Assembly (NCBI GenBank): GCA_964016885.1
Contig: OZ024743.1
Coordinates: 9,424,001 to 9,488,000 of the forward strand
Source of the DNA: Eledone cirrhosa
Taxonomy: Eukaryota
Length of the DNA stretch: 64,000 bases
Direction of reading: 5' to 3'
Made by a program: the position numbers and the translations under genes. Below the pieces are notes generated by a model. The model saw only the letters and a program-made list of their open reading frames with translations. It had not been told where the DNA came from and did not search any database. Below are positions 1 through 13,229 of this stretch, in pieces (the first letter of the stretch is position 1; each line of letters starts with the position of its first letter).

Positions 1-430
1 TTAGTTTGCATAAATGCAAGCGGATCACATTTCCTATGATATCATCTCTCTATCCTTTATAATGAGTGTGGGTTAGGTGATTACACTCGGATACGATGTG
101 GTCTACAGTTTCCTCTTTCTCTCCACAGATTCGAGAGAGAAATCTAGCCTCCTCGTTGTCAATGTGGTGTATCATCCATTTATTTCTAAGGGTTTGCTCT
201 TGTGCAGCCACTAGCATTCCTCTGTAGCTTTCTTAATGTCCCTTTTCTTCAACCAGTTTCATCTCTGCGGGTGTCTGAATTCCGTTTTCTTCAGGAAGAT
301 GCTATGAGGGCTTTCTCCGTCCTCCTGTCTATTATCCCTTCCTTCAACACAACCTTAACAATTGGTTCGTTGCACTCAGACACATATTTATGCAAACAGC
401 TCGGCCTCAATAAGTTCCTTGTTTTCATTG
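1..430 (-). mobile_element. Decayed R4/Dong-clade non-LTR retrotransposon fragment (post-RT region and zinc knuckle)
   Basis: Minus-strand translation across frameshifts gives WLKKGDIKKATE, LVAAQEQTLRNKW and RICGEK..ETVDHIVSECNHL, matching the AAQEQ and C-x2-C..H..C pattern of REL-endonuclease R4/Dong elements. Confidence 0.75.
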
Positions 431-697
431 TTTACAACATTTTTATTGTTATAATCTTTCTCAAATTCTTGTTAATAAGGTGCTCATATCTGCTCGGAGT
501 AAAGGGTGTCCTTGAAACGCCGGCCTTATGGGAAAGATCTGTATTTTAAATACAAAATACAACCTTTACTTTTTATTCAAAGAATGGAATAAAAACTTCT
601 CTCACGGCACTCGTAAAATAGAATAGCAAGGTATCTACTGAAGGTCTCTCTTAACGCCAACATTTCAAATATAACGAAAAACGAAAGGATAACATTT

Positions 698-890
698 ATA
701 ATTGTTTCTACTTTTGGCACAGGGTCAGCAATTACCCCAGTGCATTACTGGTGCTTTATTTTATCGACTCCGGAAGGATGAAAGGCAATGTTAAGCTCGG
801 CGGAAATTGAACGTAGACCGTAAAGGGCCGTAACTCTATGCTGCAAAGCATCGCGTCCGACCCTCTACCGATACTGCCAATCCACCGCCC
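698..890 (-). mobile_element. tRNA-derived SINE (octopus OK/OR-like family) with target-site duplication
   Basis: Reverse complement has an A-box-like head GGCGGTGGATTGGCAGTATCGG and the shared CCTTTCATCCTT..GTCGATAAAATAAAG core; GGATAACATT is duplicated at 687-696 and 894-903. Confidence 0.85.
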
Positions 891-2110
891 TCCGGATAAC
901 ATTACTAATAACACTAGTAGGAGCGACAAAAACAACAGTAATAATTGTATTTTAAGCCCAAAGGATAAAAAGTTTCGTTGAGTAGCAGTTAGAACGATGC
1001 TACAATGGCCAGCATCACCACTACTACAACAAAAAATATCGCCGAAGGCAACAACAATGATAGTGATGATAGAAAAAAAATCGACGATAAGACTAATGGC
1101 AACAACTTAAACAACATCAACAATGAAAGAAAACACATTGGTCTGCGTATAATTAAAACTCGACGCCAGGAAACAAGAGTGCTGCCACAAATTAAGAAAG
1201 TCTTAAAGGAAATATGGCACGGCATTGCATTCCGAAGCATGGCAGTGATTTCTGAAGCGAGACACTCGCCCTAAAACACGATGTGATCCCCTGTCATAGC
1301 GACGATTATGTTCTCTTCCCGTCCTATTTAAGAAAAGAAACATGGGTATGGATTTCGGATGTCTAACTGGAATTTTTACATCTATTTGATTCTAGTCTGT
1401 GGTGTGCAGGAAGCCTAAAATGATCTAGAAGAGAGATCTGTTGTGGGATCAGTTTTGAGAACTACCTCGGATTAAACCAGAAGTTTGGATAATATCGCAG
1501 ACATTATTCGCCAGCCGAATGGAGTCGAAATGCAAATAAACTCCTCCAACACATTCTCGAATACATTATCAAAACCACACGCGCATCAAATACAGTTAAA
1601 TCTACAACACCAAGTCCAAAAGCGCCAGCACTGCGAACACCACAAGCACCCACCACAACCAAAAATAAAAATAAACACAAGAACATGAATAACAGCAGGA
1701 ATAGCAACAAAACACCTACACAAATATTTGGGCTCGTGACACACTAAAGCTACTTGATGCACCTCATAGCACAAATAAATTATATTGCGATAGAATATGA
1801 TAATTTGAAATCTATCACTATCAAAGTTCCGCAAAATCTAAAAATAATCAAAGTAAAAGTTGCCACTTACAAAACAATGAAGCAGTAATTCTCACCTGCC
1901 TCTGGACCCACCAGTTGGCTTCTAAAGGGATTCTCGAAGGTTGATAATGGCCCTTAAACTTTTCCTCACCACAAAGCATGAGGGGTGAATTATTCTTGCA
2001 AATGCATGAGATCTGTTCAAAATAGAGGCACACTATATAGATGGCACTGCTGTTGGCATTGTTGTAACTGCTTTCGGAAATTAAGTAATTAATGCAGTTG
2101 AAGTTGATTG

Positions 2111-2157
<47 letters not shown>

Positions 2158-2162
<5 letters not shown>

Positions 2163-2311
2163 ATAATAATAAATTTGAAGACTAAAATCCAAAGAGGGCT
2201 CGATAAGGATAAATATATATCAAATATATAAGAGAACCGTAGAGCAAATATTTATTAAAATAACAGATTAAAGTTTAAGCAAAGAATCGCTGCTTTCACC
2301 CTTAACGGGAT
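2158..2311 (-). mobile_element. 3' terminal fragment of a (TA)n-inserted element, probably a Penelope pLTR
   Basis: Abuts the (TA)n tract at about 2114-2159; near-identical segments recur at 13064-13212 (partly inverted), 11943-11973 and about 59406-59433. Confidence 0.65.
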
Positions 2312-2539
2312 GTTTAGGTATATGTATGTATGTGTTACTCACTTTTCGGAAACATATCCGGAATTTCTTGGAGGAATTTGTCCAGGACTGTTTCGAAGCT
2401 TATAGGATCTGTTTCTAATTTGAATTTTTTTTAGGTATGATATTAAAGAGAGAGGGGGAAACAGTTGTGGTGAAATAATTGTGCCGAATTTCGATTTTTG
2501 TAGTGGGTAGAGAGCTCGGAGACTAAGATTTAAGTTAGT

Positions 2540-3000
2540 TTAAAATTGATGCCAACATCATTTGGGAAATGAGGATGGAATATTTTCCACATCTTACAGA
2601 TGACATAGCGCTCAAGCTGGCTTTGGGGGAGATTAAGGCTGCAGCTTTTATAGTCAATCCCTATATGCATGCCGCAGATATTTTTGTATTTGACATTTGG
2701 GGTACGCCAATTTTCGTAATATTTTGTTTCTTCTAAGCAGACTACAGTGGACAACAGTATTCAAAGTGGGCCTGGGAAAATGTTCAGAAAGAAAGGATGA
2801 TTGTGTAGAATAACTTTCGACCGTAATGTTCTAAGAATCCAGGAACCCATCCTGCGGGTTGTGTCAACTTTGTTTTTTCTGTGAGTAATCCAGCGTAAGT
2901 TGTTATTTACAATTACTCCAAAGTCTCTGGTGGTGTTAGATGCTACGAGGGTTTCACACAAGGGAAGAAAATATGGTCACGTCACTTTAGCCACTTTTCC
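2540..3000 (-). mobile_element. Decayed CR1/Jockey-group LINE, RT C-terminal fragment
   Basis: ORF track gives RDFGVIVNNNLRWITH..RRMGSWILRT and LERYVICKMWKI..PNDVGINFK, typical of post-RT CR1/Jockey-group sequence. Confidence 0.65.
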
Positions 3001-4027
3001 AAAGTGTATGAATTTACTACGTTTATATTTCTAGGAAGTTGATACCATTTAAATTGTTTTAACGTTATATTTTTGCCCGTATTTTTGCCGTATTGTAAGA
3101 GATTACAATAAAATGGACGAGAAAGGCGATTAATACAGTAAAATAATATGGTTGTGTGTAAACTACTGAAAGGAATTTCTTAATATTTCATATTCTCTGG
3201 CAAATTTAGTGAAAATATTTGTTATAATAGTAAATTATTTGAAAACTGAACAGCTTTTGGACTGAATTGATATGTAGCTTCCGCTTAGACACTCCAACTT
3301 AAAATATGCTGATGAAATATTTCCTTTGAAATATTTTAGTTCATTTTGCAGCAAACTCTTGAAATAATTTATTTTCTTTTTATTGATCACAAGAATGTGA
3401 TCAGGTTTTTTTCATAATATTTTTACTTTAACCCCCACTTCCCAACAACTTTTCTTTGAGTATATTCATTGATTTTTCTAAACATTTGTTCTGTGTTTGC
3501 TGTTTTAATTTTATTTTCATTATATATAAATTCTATTAGAAAAGTTCATATAGTTTCAAATAAATATATTAAATAGTATAGACCCATTCGATTTCCATCA
3601 CAAAAAATTTCTCTTTTATTCAGCCATTGCGTAATTAATAGGTACTAGAAAGCAATGACATCGCTTTAAAAGCAAAATGATTGCAATGAATAAAAATGTA
3701 ATGCATTAGTGGAGAGGAGTGAAAGAAGCAGGATGTGTGTTGAGACAATACAGCTATAGAAGGGAAGATAGCTGCTCACAACGTATATTAAGAGAAAACA
3801 GTCATAAAACACTTTCGTTAATAATAAAGAATTGAATTTAAAAAAGATGAACACATGATCAAAGAAAACCGATGTGAAAGAAACAATAATCAAACACGTC
3901 AATATTGTTATGTTCGATGTTAGTTGCCACGATGCTAATCATTCTTCATTTTTCAGCTGACACAGTTGTAGTTGTAGAGAAAACAGTAATTTACGAAATG
4001 TATTGAATAGTGAAATCAACTACTCAT

Positions 4028-4327
4028 ATATATATATATATAGATATATATATATGAGTATATACATATATATATACATATATACATATCTCTCTATATA
4101 TATATACATATATCTACATATATATATATATATATACAAATATATATACATATATATATACATATATAAATACCTATATATATATATATATACATATATA
4201 TATACACACACATATATATAGACACACACATACACACACATATATATATGCATGTATGTATGTATGTATGTATGTATGTATGTATGTATGTATGTATGTA
4301 TGTATGTATGTATGTATGTATGTATGT
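4028..4327. repeat. Compound (TA)n/(CA)n/(TATG)n microsatellite
   Basis: Directly visible. Confidence 0.95.
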
Positions 4328-4574
4328 AGATATTGTTTCTTTACATAGCATAGCTTAATTAATAGGTAGCTGTATTTGTGGTCCAGTCATTCCAATTAGT
4401 AGGTCGAGGTATAAAAAGAAAAAAAATCACTCAACGTCATGTGTATTTTTAATGAAAGATATGATATATCATGGGTGGTGCAGAGACATAGTTAAATACT
4501 TCGCTGAAAAACATTTGAAGACCGGATTCTAATAGCTTCTTTTATCGTTGCATAATTCATATTTCTATGGCAAT

Positions 4575-5220
4575 ATATATATTGTTATTATATTTTGGGA
4601 GGGTCATGCTGCCAATAATAAACACACGCACCTGTTGTTTTCTCTTCAATTTATTACAAATTTTTAGTTGGTTGGTCTAATAACCGGGTGGTTGTTTATT
4701 TATTTTGAAATCTCTTTCGTCACACATTCTGTGACGTCCTCAGTGACTAAATTGTTATTTTGTGCCTCTCCTTTGTTTTTGTGTTTTGTGTGCTATGTAT
4801 TTGAGTTGCGCATGCGTTATATCCGCGTGTGTGTGTTTCTTTATTCATACGTTTATTTACTTGTCATTAGTTGGTTGCCTTTTTTATCTGCGTGTGTCTG
4901 GTTTGTCTTATTAGTTTGGTTCTTGTGTGTCTCTGTATGTCTTTATCTTGTCCCTAATTATTAGTTGTGATGTAGTTGCTATTCCACACATGCTTTCTGT
5001 TTAATTTTGATTGAAGTTCGTTTATGTTTGTCGCTTCTGTAATCTGTCGGAGCATTGCGTCTTTTCTGTGTGTAGATATGATTTTAATTTCTCTGCTCGC
5101 TAGTGTGCCCCATGTTCCATTTTGGCATGTTCGTGGAGTAGAGATGGCTTCTTTCCATCTTGTAGTTCTCGCCAGTGTTCATTTATCCTGGAGGAGTTGA
5201 CATTGGTATAGCTAGTTTGA
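4575..5220 (-). mobile_element. Penelope-like element remnant: GIY-YIG C-terminus plus 3' region with a hammerhead core
   Basis: Minus strand encodes RINEHWRELQDGKKPSLLHEHAK, then after a frameshift DAMLRQITEATNINELQSKLNRKHVW; HHR core follows downstream; the tail motif TGACCCTCCC is shared with 20557-21134 and, diverged, 13230-13495. Confidence 0.7.
4707..4743 (-). ncRNA. Hammerhead ribozyme core (minimal PLE type)
   Basis: Reverse complement reads CTGAGGA-C-GTCACA-GAATG-TGTGAC-GAAA-G-AGAT-TTC; stem I pairing is weak. Confidence 0.6.
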
Positions 5221-6542
5221 ATTAGTAGAATAAGTATTGTGTTGGATAGAAATTCTGAATGGGTAGGTAGCTAATAGCGTACGAAAGTTTGCTAGTTGAG
5301 TACTGATATTTCGGATTATGTGGAATATATCTTTGTGATAATATATAGAAGAGTTGATTGAGGGGTTGAATCTTTCATGTTAAGTGGTGAGTGTTTCGTT
5401 TTTGTATAGAGGTTCTGGTTGTATGTTTTCGGTATCTGCTTGAAGATAGCACTTTCTTTTATGTCTTGAATATGTCATTTTAGTAAAGACTTGTGAGTAT
5501 CAAGGTGTTTTATGTTCTCAATGTTCTCTGTTCAGCTCTAATTATTAATTCGGTGGTGGTTTAAGAATGAGATAAAATATTGTATTCATATACGGTTTAC
5601 GTAAGGGGAAAGTACAAAAAAACCCCAAAACAAAACCAAAACGAAACACCAAGAATGTTAACTGTCTTTTAGTATGATAGAAACCAATATTAAAGATGTT
5701 ATGTAGGTGAATGTGAGTTAAAGATACAATTACGTCATTGTAGGTTTATAACCTGCCAGCGACAAAAGATTTATCTTGAAAACAAGAATCTCTATGAATA
5801 TAATGGAAACACATCACTAACCTCAACAGCTAAGCTTACAACGAAAGGCATGCTGTTACGTTTCGTGATCTATGTATTTTTCTTGCAAAATAGGCAAGAT
5901 TTCCTTGCTTGTAAGAATACTTCAGTCATAATTTCTTTTATGTGGCTTCTTTATTTAGCAATGAAAATATGTTTGAATATATGTGAATAATCCTTAATGG
6001 AAAATTGAAAGGCATCAGCTTTGTGTGTTCTATTTGGTGTCAGTAAAGCACATTATGAAGGTATATGAGAGTTATCCCACGATGACAGCTTGGATAATAT
6101 ATTAATAAAAATAAAAAAAAATCTTAAACGAATCTATTTCAAATAACGACAACACTGCAGCTATGTAAAAACAGAAAATGAAGGGAAATGCAAGGAGTCT
6201 AGGGTTTCGAAATAATGCTATCCAAAATATTTATTTTAATGTTACCTAAATCTGTTTTTAATGGAGTTATCCTTCTCATGGGTGGTTAACAAAATTCATG
6301 GATGGTTAACAAATTTCTATCCACCATGTGAAATTTCGTGGCAATCCTTTTTTGTTAGTATTGAAATCATTAAACACAGTATATTACGTTATGAATACAA
6401 TGGAGTTAGTAGTAAATAATTATACTTTTCTGGACGACATTAATGTTTATACAAAGATTGTTTTAGCATTCGTCTTTGAAATTTTAAATAGGATATCAAA
6501 ACTAGGCCAGTACACATTTGAGTAGTATTATTTTTTTTCTTT

Positions 6543-6730
6543 GGGCAGTGGATTGGCAGTATCGGTAGAGTGTCGGACATGCTTTCCGGCATAGTTATTT
6601 CCCTTTACGATCTGAGTTCAAATCCTGCCGAGGTTAACTTCGCCTTTCATCCTTACGGGGTCGATAAAATAAAGTACCAGGATTGTACTGGGTAATTGCT
6701 GGCCTTGTGCCAAAAAGTAGAAACAATTAT
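6543..6730 (+). mobile_element. tRNA-derived SINE
   Basis: Head GGGCAGTGGATTGGCAGTATCGG, B-box GAGTTCAAATCC, same core and tail as 698-890. Confidence 0.85.
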
Positions 6731-7388
6731 TTTATTTCTTTAATTTTTTCATAGCATTAGGTCTTCCATTTTATTCATATACTGAAACTCGGTACATTTG
6801 TGTTAGTGTTTCAGATATATGTTATATATAAGTGTTCCTGATTGCAAGGCAGTGTAAAAGACAGGTTCAGGACGTTATGGGAAAGACGTGTGAAGGAAAT
6901 TTACTAATGTAAAAAAGAAAGAAGCATGCACGTGCTGCTATGAGAGATATTGATCGAGAGGAATGCATGGAAGAGGGACGGTCTACTCCATATAGATGTA
7001 ACCGAATGACCAGCTACCAAAATTTACTGTAGTGTGCTAGATTATAGAAATGAAAATAGAAAAGGCAGCTGGCTCTTTGTGAATTGTCGGTGAGATGGCT
7101 GAATTATCTGGTGGAGCACAGCACAGATTGATCACTTGTATCATAAATCATGTATTGCAAGAAGGTGTCATCCCCAATCATAAGCATTGTGGCATTACTG
7201 ATGTCACCAAACGAAGAAAATTTATTTTCTGTTTCAGCCAAGTTACATATATTCAAACCGTATCAAAATAAACAATGAGAGGAAAAAAATGAGAAATTTA
7301 TTTTCTCTCCCAGGCGAATTATATATATTCAAATGTTAACGTCATAACAACATTACATAACATTATTATTATTATTATTATTATTTCT

Positions 7389-7618
7389 AGGGCGGTAGAT
7401 TGGTAGTATCGGTAGAGAGTAGGACAATATGTTTTGGGGCATAGCGTTACACCCTTTTGCGATCCGAGTTCAAATCTCTCCGGGGTTAGCTTTGCCTTTC
7501 ATCCTTACGGGGTCGATGAAATAAAGCACCAATAATGCACTGGGGTCGATTTAATTGACTTTATCCTCCCCAAAATTGCTGGCCTTGTGCCTAAATCAGA
7601 AACCATTATTATTATTAT
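7389..7618 (+). mobile_element. tRNA-derived SINE
   Basis: Same head, B-box and core; ends in (ATT)n. Confidence 0.85.
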
Positions 7619-8019
7619 TTCAACAAATATATTACTTTTAAATATTAATATAAAATAAAGCACCTAGAAAAGAAAGCAAAGACAACTTATCTTGTATCAC
7701 AGTCAAGTTATATATCTGTGTTGAATATGTAGTGTACCGAATGTAAATTAGTATGTAAATCTTTCCTAACTATATTGGTTATTATCAAATACATTTTTGT
7801 GCTAAAGGCTGATACCGTAAATACAAATTGGAGCCCCTCGTTAAAAGATGGTCTGTAAATATGTGATATAAGTTTGATCTTTTATAAGTAAATACAGGAC
7901 CTTAATATCAATGCTATGTTTATGCTTATGTTTTCAACAGAAATAAGAAAAAACTAGTTTAGAGGTTTCGAGAGTGATTAAAGAAAACACGAAACGAGAC
8001 CATAAAGCATGGTCTGGAG

Positions 8020-8430
8020 AGTGCAGGTTTCACTTCCCAGCTCGAGCCAGCCGGGATAGACCGAAGGGACGGCAAGAGCTAGACGGCATGACAATACACC
8101 CGTTCTCCGAGGAAAGGCCTCTTATCTGTGATGATACATGTTGTGACATCTTCTCTAGCGGAAACTTGGTGCGTTCGGCTATCAAAGCCAGGCCAAAGAG
8201 GGCAAACTGTCAAGTACCGGCCACTTACTGATAGGCTTGTGTTTGAACCTGAGCAGTGGAGATTTACTGCGTTCTTGGCTCCCGGACCATATTTCTGCTC
8301 ACTGCTATCCGAGTGGTGTTGGCTGCCCGCATGTGCCATCCCTGTGAGGTGGAGTGGCTGTTCCAGCGCGACTCCCTCGCCGTCTTCCGGGTCAATGTCT
8401 TCTCCATCCTATCGGCCGGGACCATGTGGC
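8020..8430 (+). mobile_element. Decayed CRE-like non-LTR retrotransposon, restriction-like endonuclease (PD-D/ExK) fragment
   Basis: Frameshifted pieces LDGMTIHPFSEERPLICDDTCCDIF, VKYRPLTDRLVFEP and AVEIYCVLGSRT..EWLFQRDSLAVFRVNVFSIL resemble the RPDG..WDxT..KY..F.P.AVET.G..FQRLS.AV.RGNA consensus. Confidence 0.7.
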
Positions 8431-9362
8431 GAGGTGACAGACTTCAGTCGAAAGGGTTAATAATGCTGACACACACACACACAACTATATATAGTTAAAA
8501 ATAGACAAAGATTAATTAGTACAGTAAGAGGGATGAGAGAATATAAGTAGTTATCCTCTGGAAACATAACTATCTCAATTAGGATCCTAGTTAAATGAAA
8601 CCATAGATTTATATTTGTAGTCGAAATAATTTTTAAGACACCGATTCACTGAAGCAGATTAGAAAAAAGAAAATATGCAGTCATCCAAATGAAACAGAAA
8701 GCTCTTTCATTTTATCAAGTAGATACACTGTAATTCAGTTACGTGTTAAAATTACCTTCTCAAACATCCACACATCCGTTTCCTTACAGTAAACAGTTCT
8801 GATGTAATAATGTAATTTAATCCAGATGTTACAGTTTGTATTTGTGTTCCTTACATTTTTGTTTTTATGTTATTGTGCGTAAACATCAGTGGAAAGAATA
8901 CAGCCTCATTATTCACTATGGCTGACATAATATTTACTGAACAAGAAGTTGAAACAAATGTTGATCTGAATTCCTGTTATTCGCTCTAGATTTCCGTACT
9001 AAATTAAAATAGATTTCTAACCAAATAGTTATGAAGAGTAAAGCAGCATTCTTTGACGATAATCGACGAAATTATGACCTAATTTTCTTCAATCAAGCAT
9101 TAATAAGAAAATAAAAAAAAATTATGGAAACAGTTTTGCTTTAAATTCGAATAAATATGACGCAGTTCTATTTTAATTATAACATTTGGATAAAGGTATT
9201 TTTCATGTGTTACTTCATGGAAGGTTTTTTAAAAAAGAAATAAACCTCCATCACTCTGTTTATATGTGTGTCTGCTTGCCTATCTGTCTGCATGCTTATA
9301 TGCTTATTGATATCTTTATCTGTCCATCTCTCTGTCTTTCTATTTGTAAATCAATCATTATC

Positions 9363-9425
<63 letters not shown>

Positions 9426-10049
9426 TTATATGGACGTGTGTGTGTATATCTACTCGAACTATGAGCTCTTTTCCCGCAGAATATGCTCAACTGCTCAGGC
9501 ATACACCAGTATCTCTAGCAAAGAATAATATGCGCTGCATTCTCTATTTTCCAACAACCTGTAACGGCTATAACTGGTGGAATAAGTAGAGAATGCAAAT
9601 GATGAAGGAGGTTCTTGGGGCTAATCCTTAATTCAGGGTTCATCACGTCTACTGTGAGAAATGAAAACTTCTACCGAATCTACAAATTAATCAATATTTT
9701 TTTTTCAGATACTGAAATCTCTTGTCTGTTTGTAAGATGAGAAAAAAAAAAGTATCTTCGATTGAGATGATCTAAATTAAATATTTACATTCTTGAGTTC
9801 AAAATCCAGATATTTTCCCGCTTATGTATCTTAATGCTTACCCCCCCCCCCCCCCCCAGTATTTTCCAGTAGAGTAGTAGCTTGTGTCCGGATTTCAAAT
9901 AGTGCAGACAGTTCTGATGCAAACTCTCAAGAACTGCATGCTGAAACAGTATGATATCCATATTTCAGATGTATATAAAGAGCTTTAAATGCATTTTAAC
10001 TTAAACATTTGTTTTGACAACATCGTCAAGAACAGCGAATCCCAAGTTA

Positions 10050-10620
10050 GTGTATCATGGGTGTGGACCCATGATAGTCTGCAAATGTAGAATTGTGTCC
10101 ATGAGCTTTCACAACTTCAAATGTTTTGTTGAAAACATGATATACCAGTGTTATTGGATATCTATTTTGCTGTAAGCTTAAATATTTCTCTAGAATTTTA
10201 TTCTCACAGTGTAATAGAATTGTAGCAGGATATCGTAGGGATATTAATTGAAACAAAACGCATCATAAGCAGTGAATAGTTTGTTAACCGCCGGTTTAAA
10301 ACTCTTTCAAGAAAGAATAGAGTTGAAATAATGATAAAAATCAACAAGCAAACTGTTATCTCGAATATGAATATAACAGATTTTGTAAGAGAATCTTGTT
10401 AGAAATCTCAATAAAATAGATTCATAAAGTCCTGAATCATCACCACAAGATACACATGGATCCATAAAATGTGTTGAATTCTCCCTGTGACTGATAAAGG
10501 CTGTCTTTATCCCAAAATAAGAGAGAAAGATTTCACTAAAAGTGATTGACAAATTTATTTTCCCGCTTAATGTTATTCACTGCCAAAAGGGATCTCTTGA
10601 AAATAGATTGATTTGTCATA
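10050..10620 (-). mobile_element. Possible highly decayed Penelope-like RT/thumb fragment
   Basis: Weak motif resemblance only: CVSCGDDS (YxDD-like), YHYFNS and LQQNRYPITLV..VFNK (L..NGYP thumb-like). Confidence 0.3.
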
Positions 10621-11797
10621 TTGCAGTGTAGCTGTCCAAATAGACTTATATATCTTGGTGGGGATCCAAGATTGCTCAGTATTGATCTTAGTAGTTGTGT
10701 TCATTGAAACAATCAGCATATAGGAATATGCTTGTTTAAAAACGTTCTGATAGAATCCAATATATTTTAAAACAAAGGTATCACTACTTTCCTCAATTCA
10801 ATTCATATATTTTCTGTTAAAATCTATAATTTTGCAAATTTCAAACCATATAATGCTCCATCAAACAAAAAATGTGTAAAGACCTTTTTAATGTAAATTA
10901 TATCGCCATGATTCGTTTTGCTTTAGAAGATATCTAGGCGTCAATTATTGAAGCATTGTCGTATGGAAATTTCCAAGTACAAGTATAGGGTTAGTCCATC
11001 AGATGACACCACGAACAACATGTCTTCTAATAAAATATCAGTTGACAGCTATTAAAAAATAATGTAATCAATAAGCTGCCAATTCTTTCAACGTTGATGC
11101 ATATGAGAGAAAAAAAGCTGGTATTTAACAATCAGAACAAAGTTTCAGAAGACATTGATCAATTCTACGCTTCTGATTTTTTCCCTGCACTTATCTTCCG
11201 TCACAAATATTTTGAAATGGCTGCGATATCAAAGCTATACCAGTCAAATTATGACGCTAGCAAGACTGTTCATATTTGAATAATGCAATAAAACAAATAC
11301 GTATTAATTGCTCATTCGGAAATAGTAACTAAACTAGAGGGCGTCTGGTCAACACACATTACTCGCATAAAAAACTTTCTCACAAAATGTTCTTATAATT
11401 GGTGAATTTTCCTGATGTATATAATTCTATCGTTTTTTCCTCGACTATATAATGTCTCTCCTGGCATTATTGAAGTGTACATCTCTTAGATTTTCCTTTG
11501 TTTTTATATCATCCTCCAGACATCTCACAGTGGGTGTTAGTATTTGAAATAGTCAAACAGAAATATGATTAGGAGATGGGTCGGAAAACAAAGAAATGGA
11601 AGAAAACCATAAAAAGGGATAAATGTAAAACAAAAAGCAATAAGGGAACCAAAACAGCGATAATTGACCTATTATCACAAAACTTTATTAGAGCGTTTCT
11701 TTACGTTTTGTATTAAACTTTTCGGCTATAAATGAGGAAATAACTACTTAGAGTATGTAAGTACATATGTGCCATCATACAGCATCGCTTTTCATGC

Positions 11798-11899
<102 letters not shown>

Positions 11900-12129
11900 T
11901 ATACATATAATATATATACATATAAGAAATTCACCGCCGTATATTTTAGTCTTCAAATTTATTATTATTACTATATATATATATATATATATATATATGC
12001 AAAAGTTTTATTTAAGATTGTTGGGTTACAACGAGTAAATATTTTATAACTGATATAAAAGCACTCGACAGTTTCTGGAGTAGGTTTACAATATTAAACA
12101 AATGGAAACTATATTTATAAAACCATATT

Positions 12130-12195
12130 TATTTCGTTATATATATTTCTGGGATATCATATTAAAAATATGTTATGCCTTCCTCAGACAAAATA
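12130..12195 (-). ncRNA. Type I hammerhead ribozyme (inverted copy)
   Basis: Reverse complement of 12306-12371. Confidence 0.75.
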
Positions 12196-12305
12196 CAATA
12201 CATAAGCTGTTTTATAAATAATAAGTGACATATCAACTTTTTTAAAAGGAAGTTGCATTCTCAAAAGGTATGTCACTAATTATTTATAAAACAGCTTATG
12301 TATTG

Positions 12306-12371
12306 TATTTTGTCTGAGGAAGGCATAACATATTTTTAATATGATATCCCAGAAATATATATAACGAAATA
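12306..12371 (+). ncRNA. Type I hammerhead ribozyme
   Basis: Stem I TATTTTGT/ACGAAATA, core CTGAGGA, stem II AGGC-ATAACATATT/AATATGATAT-CCCA, GAAA, stem III T-ATAT-A, AUA cleavage triplet. Confidence 0.75.
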
Positions 12372-12411
12372 AATATGGTTTTATAAATATAGTTTCCATT
12401 TGTTTAATATC

Positions 12412-12488
<77 letters not shown>

Positions 12489-12510
12489 CACACAGATATA
12501 TATATATATA

Positions 12511-12597
<87 letters not shown>

Positions 12598-12816
12598 TCC
12601 GAGAACAATTCTGTATGGCGACAGTTCGTGATTTGAACTCGGGAATTTTATATTCTCCGAGTGAGAAGAACCCAATGGATTATCCATTTATTTTGAGACT
12701 TGATACCGCGCGATAAGGGTAAATATAGTAAGTACAGTAAACTTTTAAAAATTTATTTCAAAACTTTTTCTCTATTTGCTAAACCTTGATTTTATATATA
12801 TATATATATATATATG

Positions 12817-12958
12817 TAGTATAAAAAAAACGAAAAAGCAATGGTGCATCACTGATCTTTCGTTTTTTTATACTATTCACACTCTGCTCTGTAAGAATAT
12901 TGAGTGCTAATTTTGGCATACCGCCTATGGAAGCACCATAGCTACCATTAAACACACG
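12817..12958 (+). mobile_element. Short (TA)n-embedded pLTR-like tail with an inverted 5' piece
   Basis: TAGTATAAAAAAAACGAAA (12817-12835) is inverted relative to 12858-12875; a TTGAGTGCT motif follows; (TA)n lies on both sides. Confidence 0.5.
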
Positions 12959-12974
12959 TATATATATATATATG

Positions 12975-13063
<89 letters not shown>

Positions 13064-13067
<4 letters not shown>

Positions 13068-13212
13068 GAAAATAACAGATTAAAGTTTAAGCAAAGAATC
13101 GCTGCTTTCACCCTTAACGGGATCTTTGCTCTACAGTTCTTATATATTTGATATATATTTATCCTTATCGAGCCCTCTTTGGATTTTAGTCTTCAAATTT
13201 ATTATTATTACT
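13064..13212. mobile_element. 5'-inverted copy of the 2158-2311 element
   Basis: Same two segments as 2158-2311 with one flipped; flanked by (TA)n. Confidence 0.8.
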
Positions 13213-13229
13213 ATATATATATATATATA

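Larger units (their letters stand above)
11998..12412. mobile_element. (TA)n-embedded fold-back element with two divergently oriented hammerheads
   Basis: Near-perfect inverted arms at 12091-12232 and 12268-12410, with (TA)n on both sides. Confidence 0.85.

Noticed and set aside
3309-3340. CTGATGA..GAAA motif
   Set aside because: The GAAA lies inside an AATATTTC/GAAATATT hairpin, so hammerhead topology cannot form
6543-6640. tRNA genes at SINE heads
   Set aside because: A/B boxes are present but there is no complete cloverleaf, and each is fused to the SINE core
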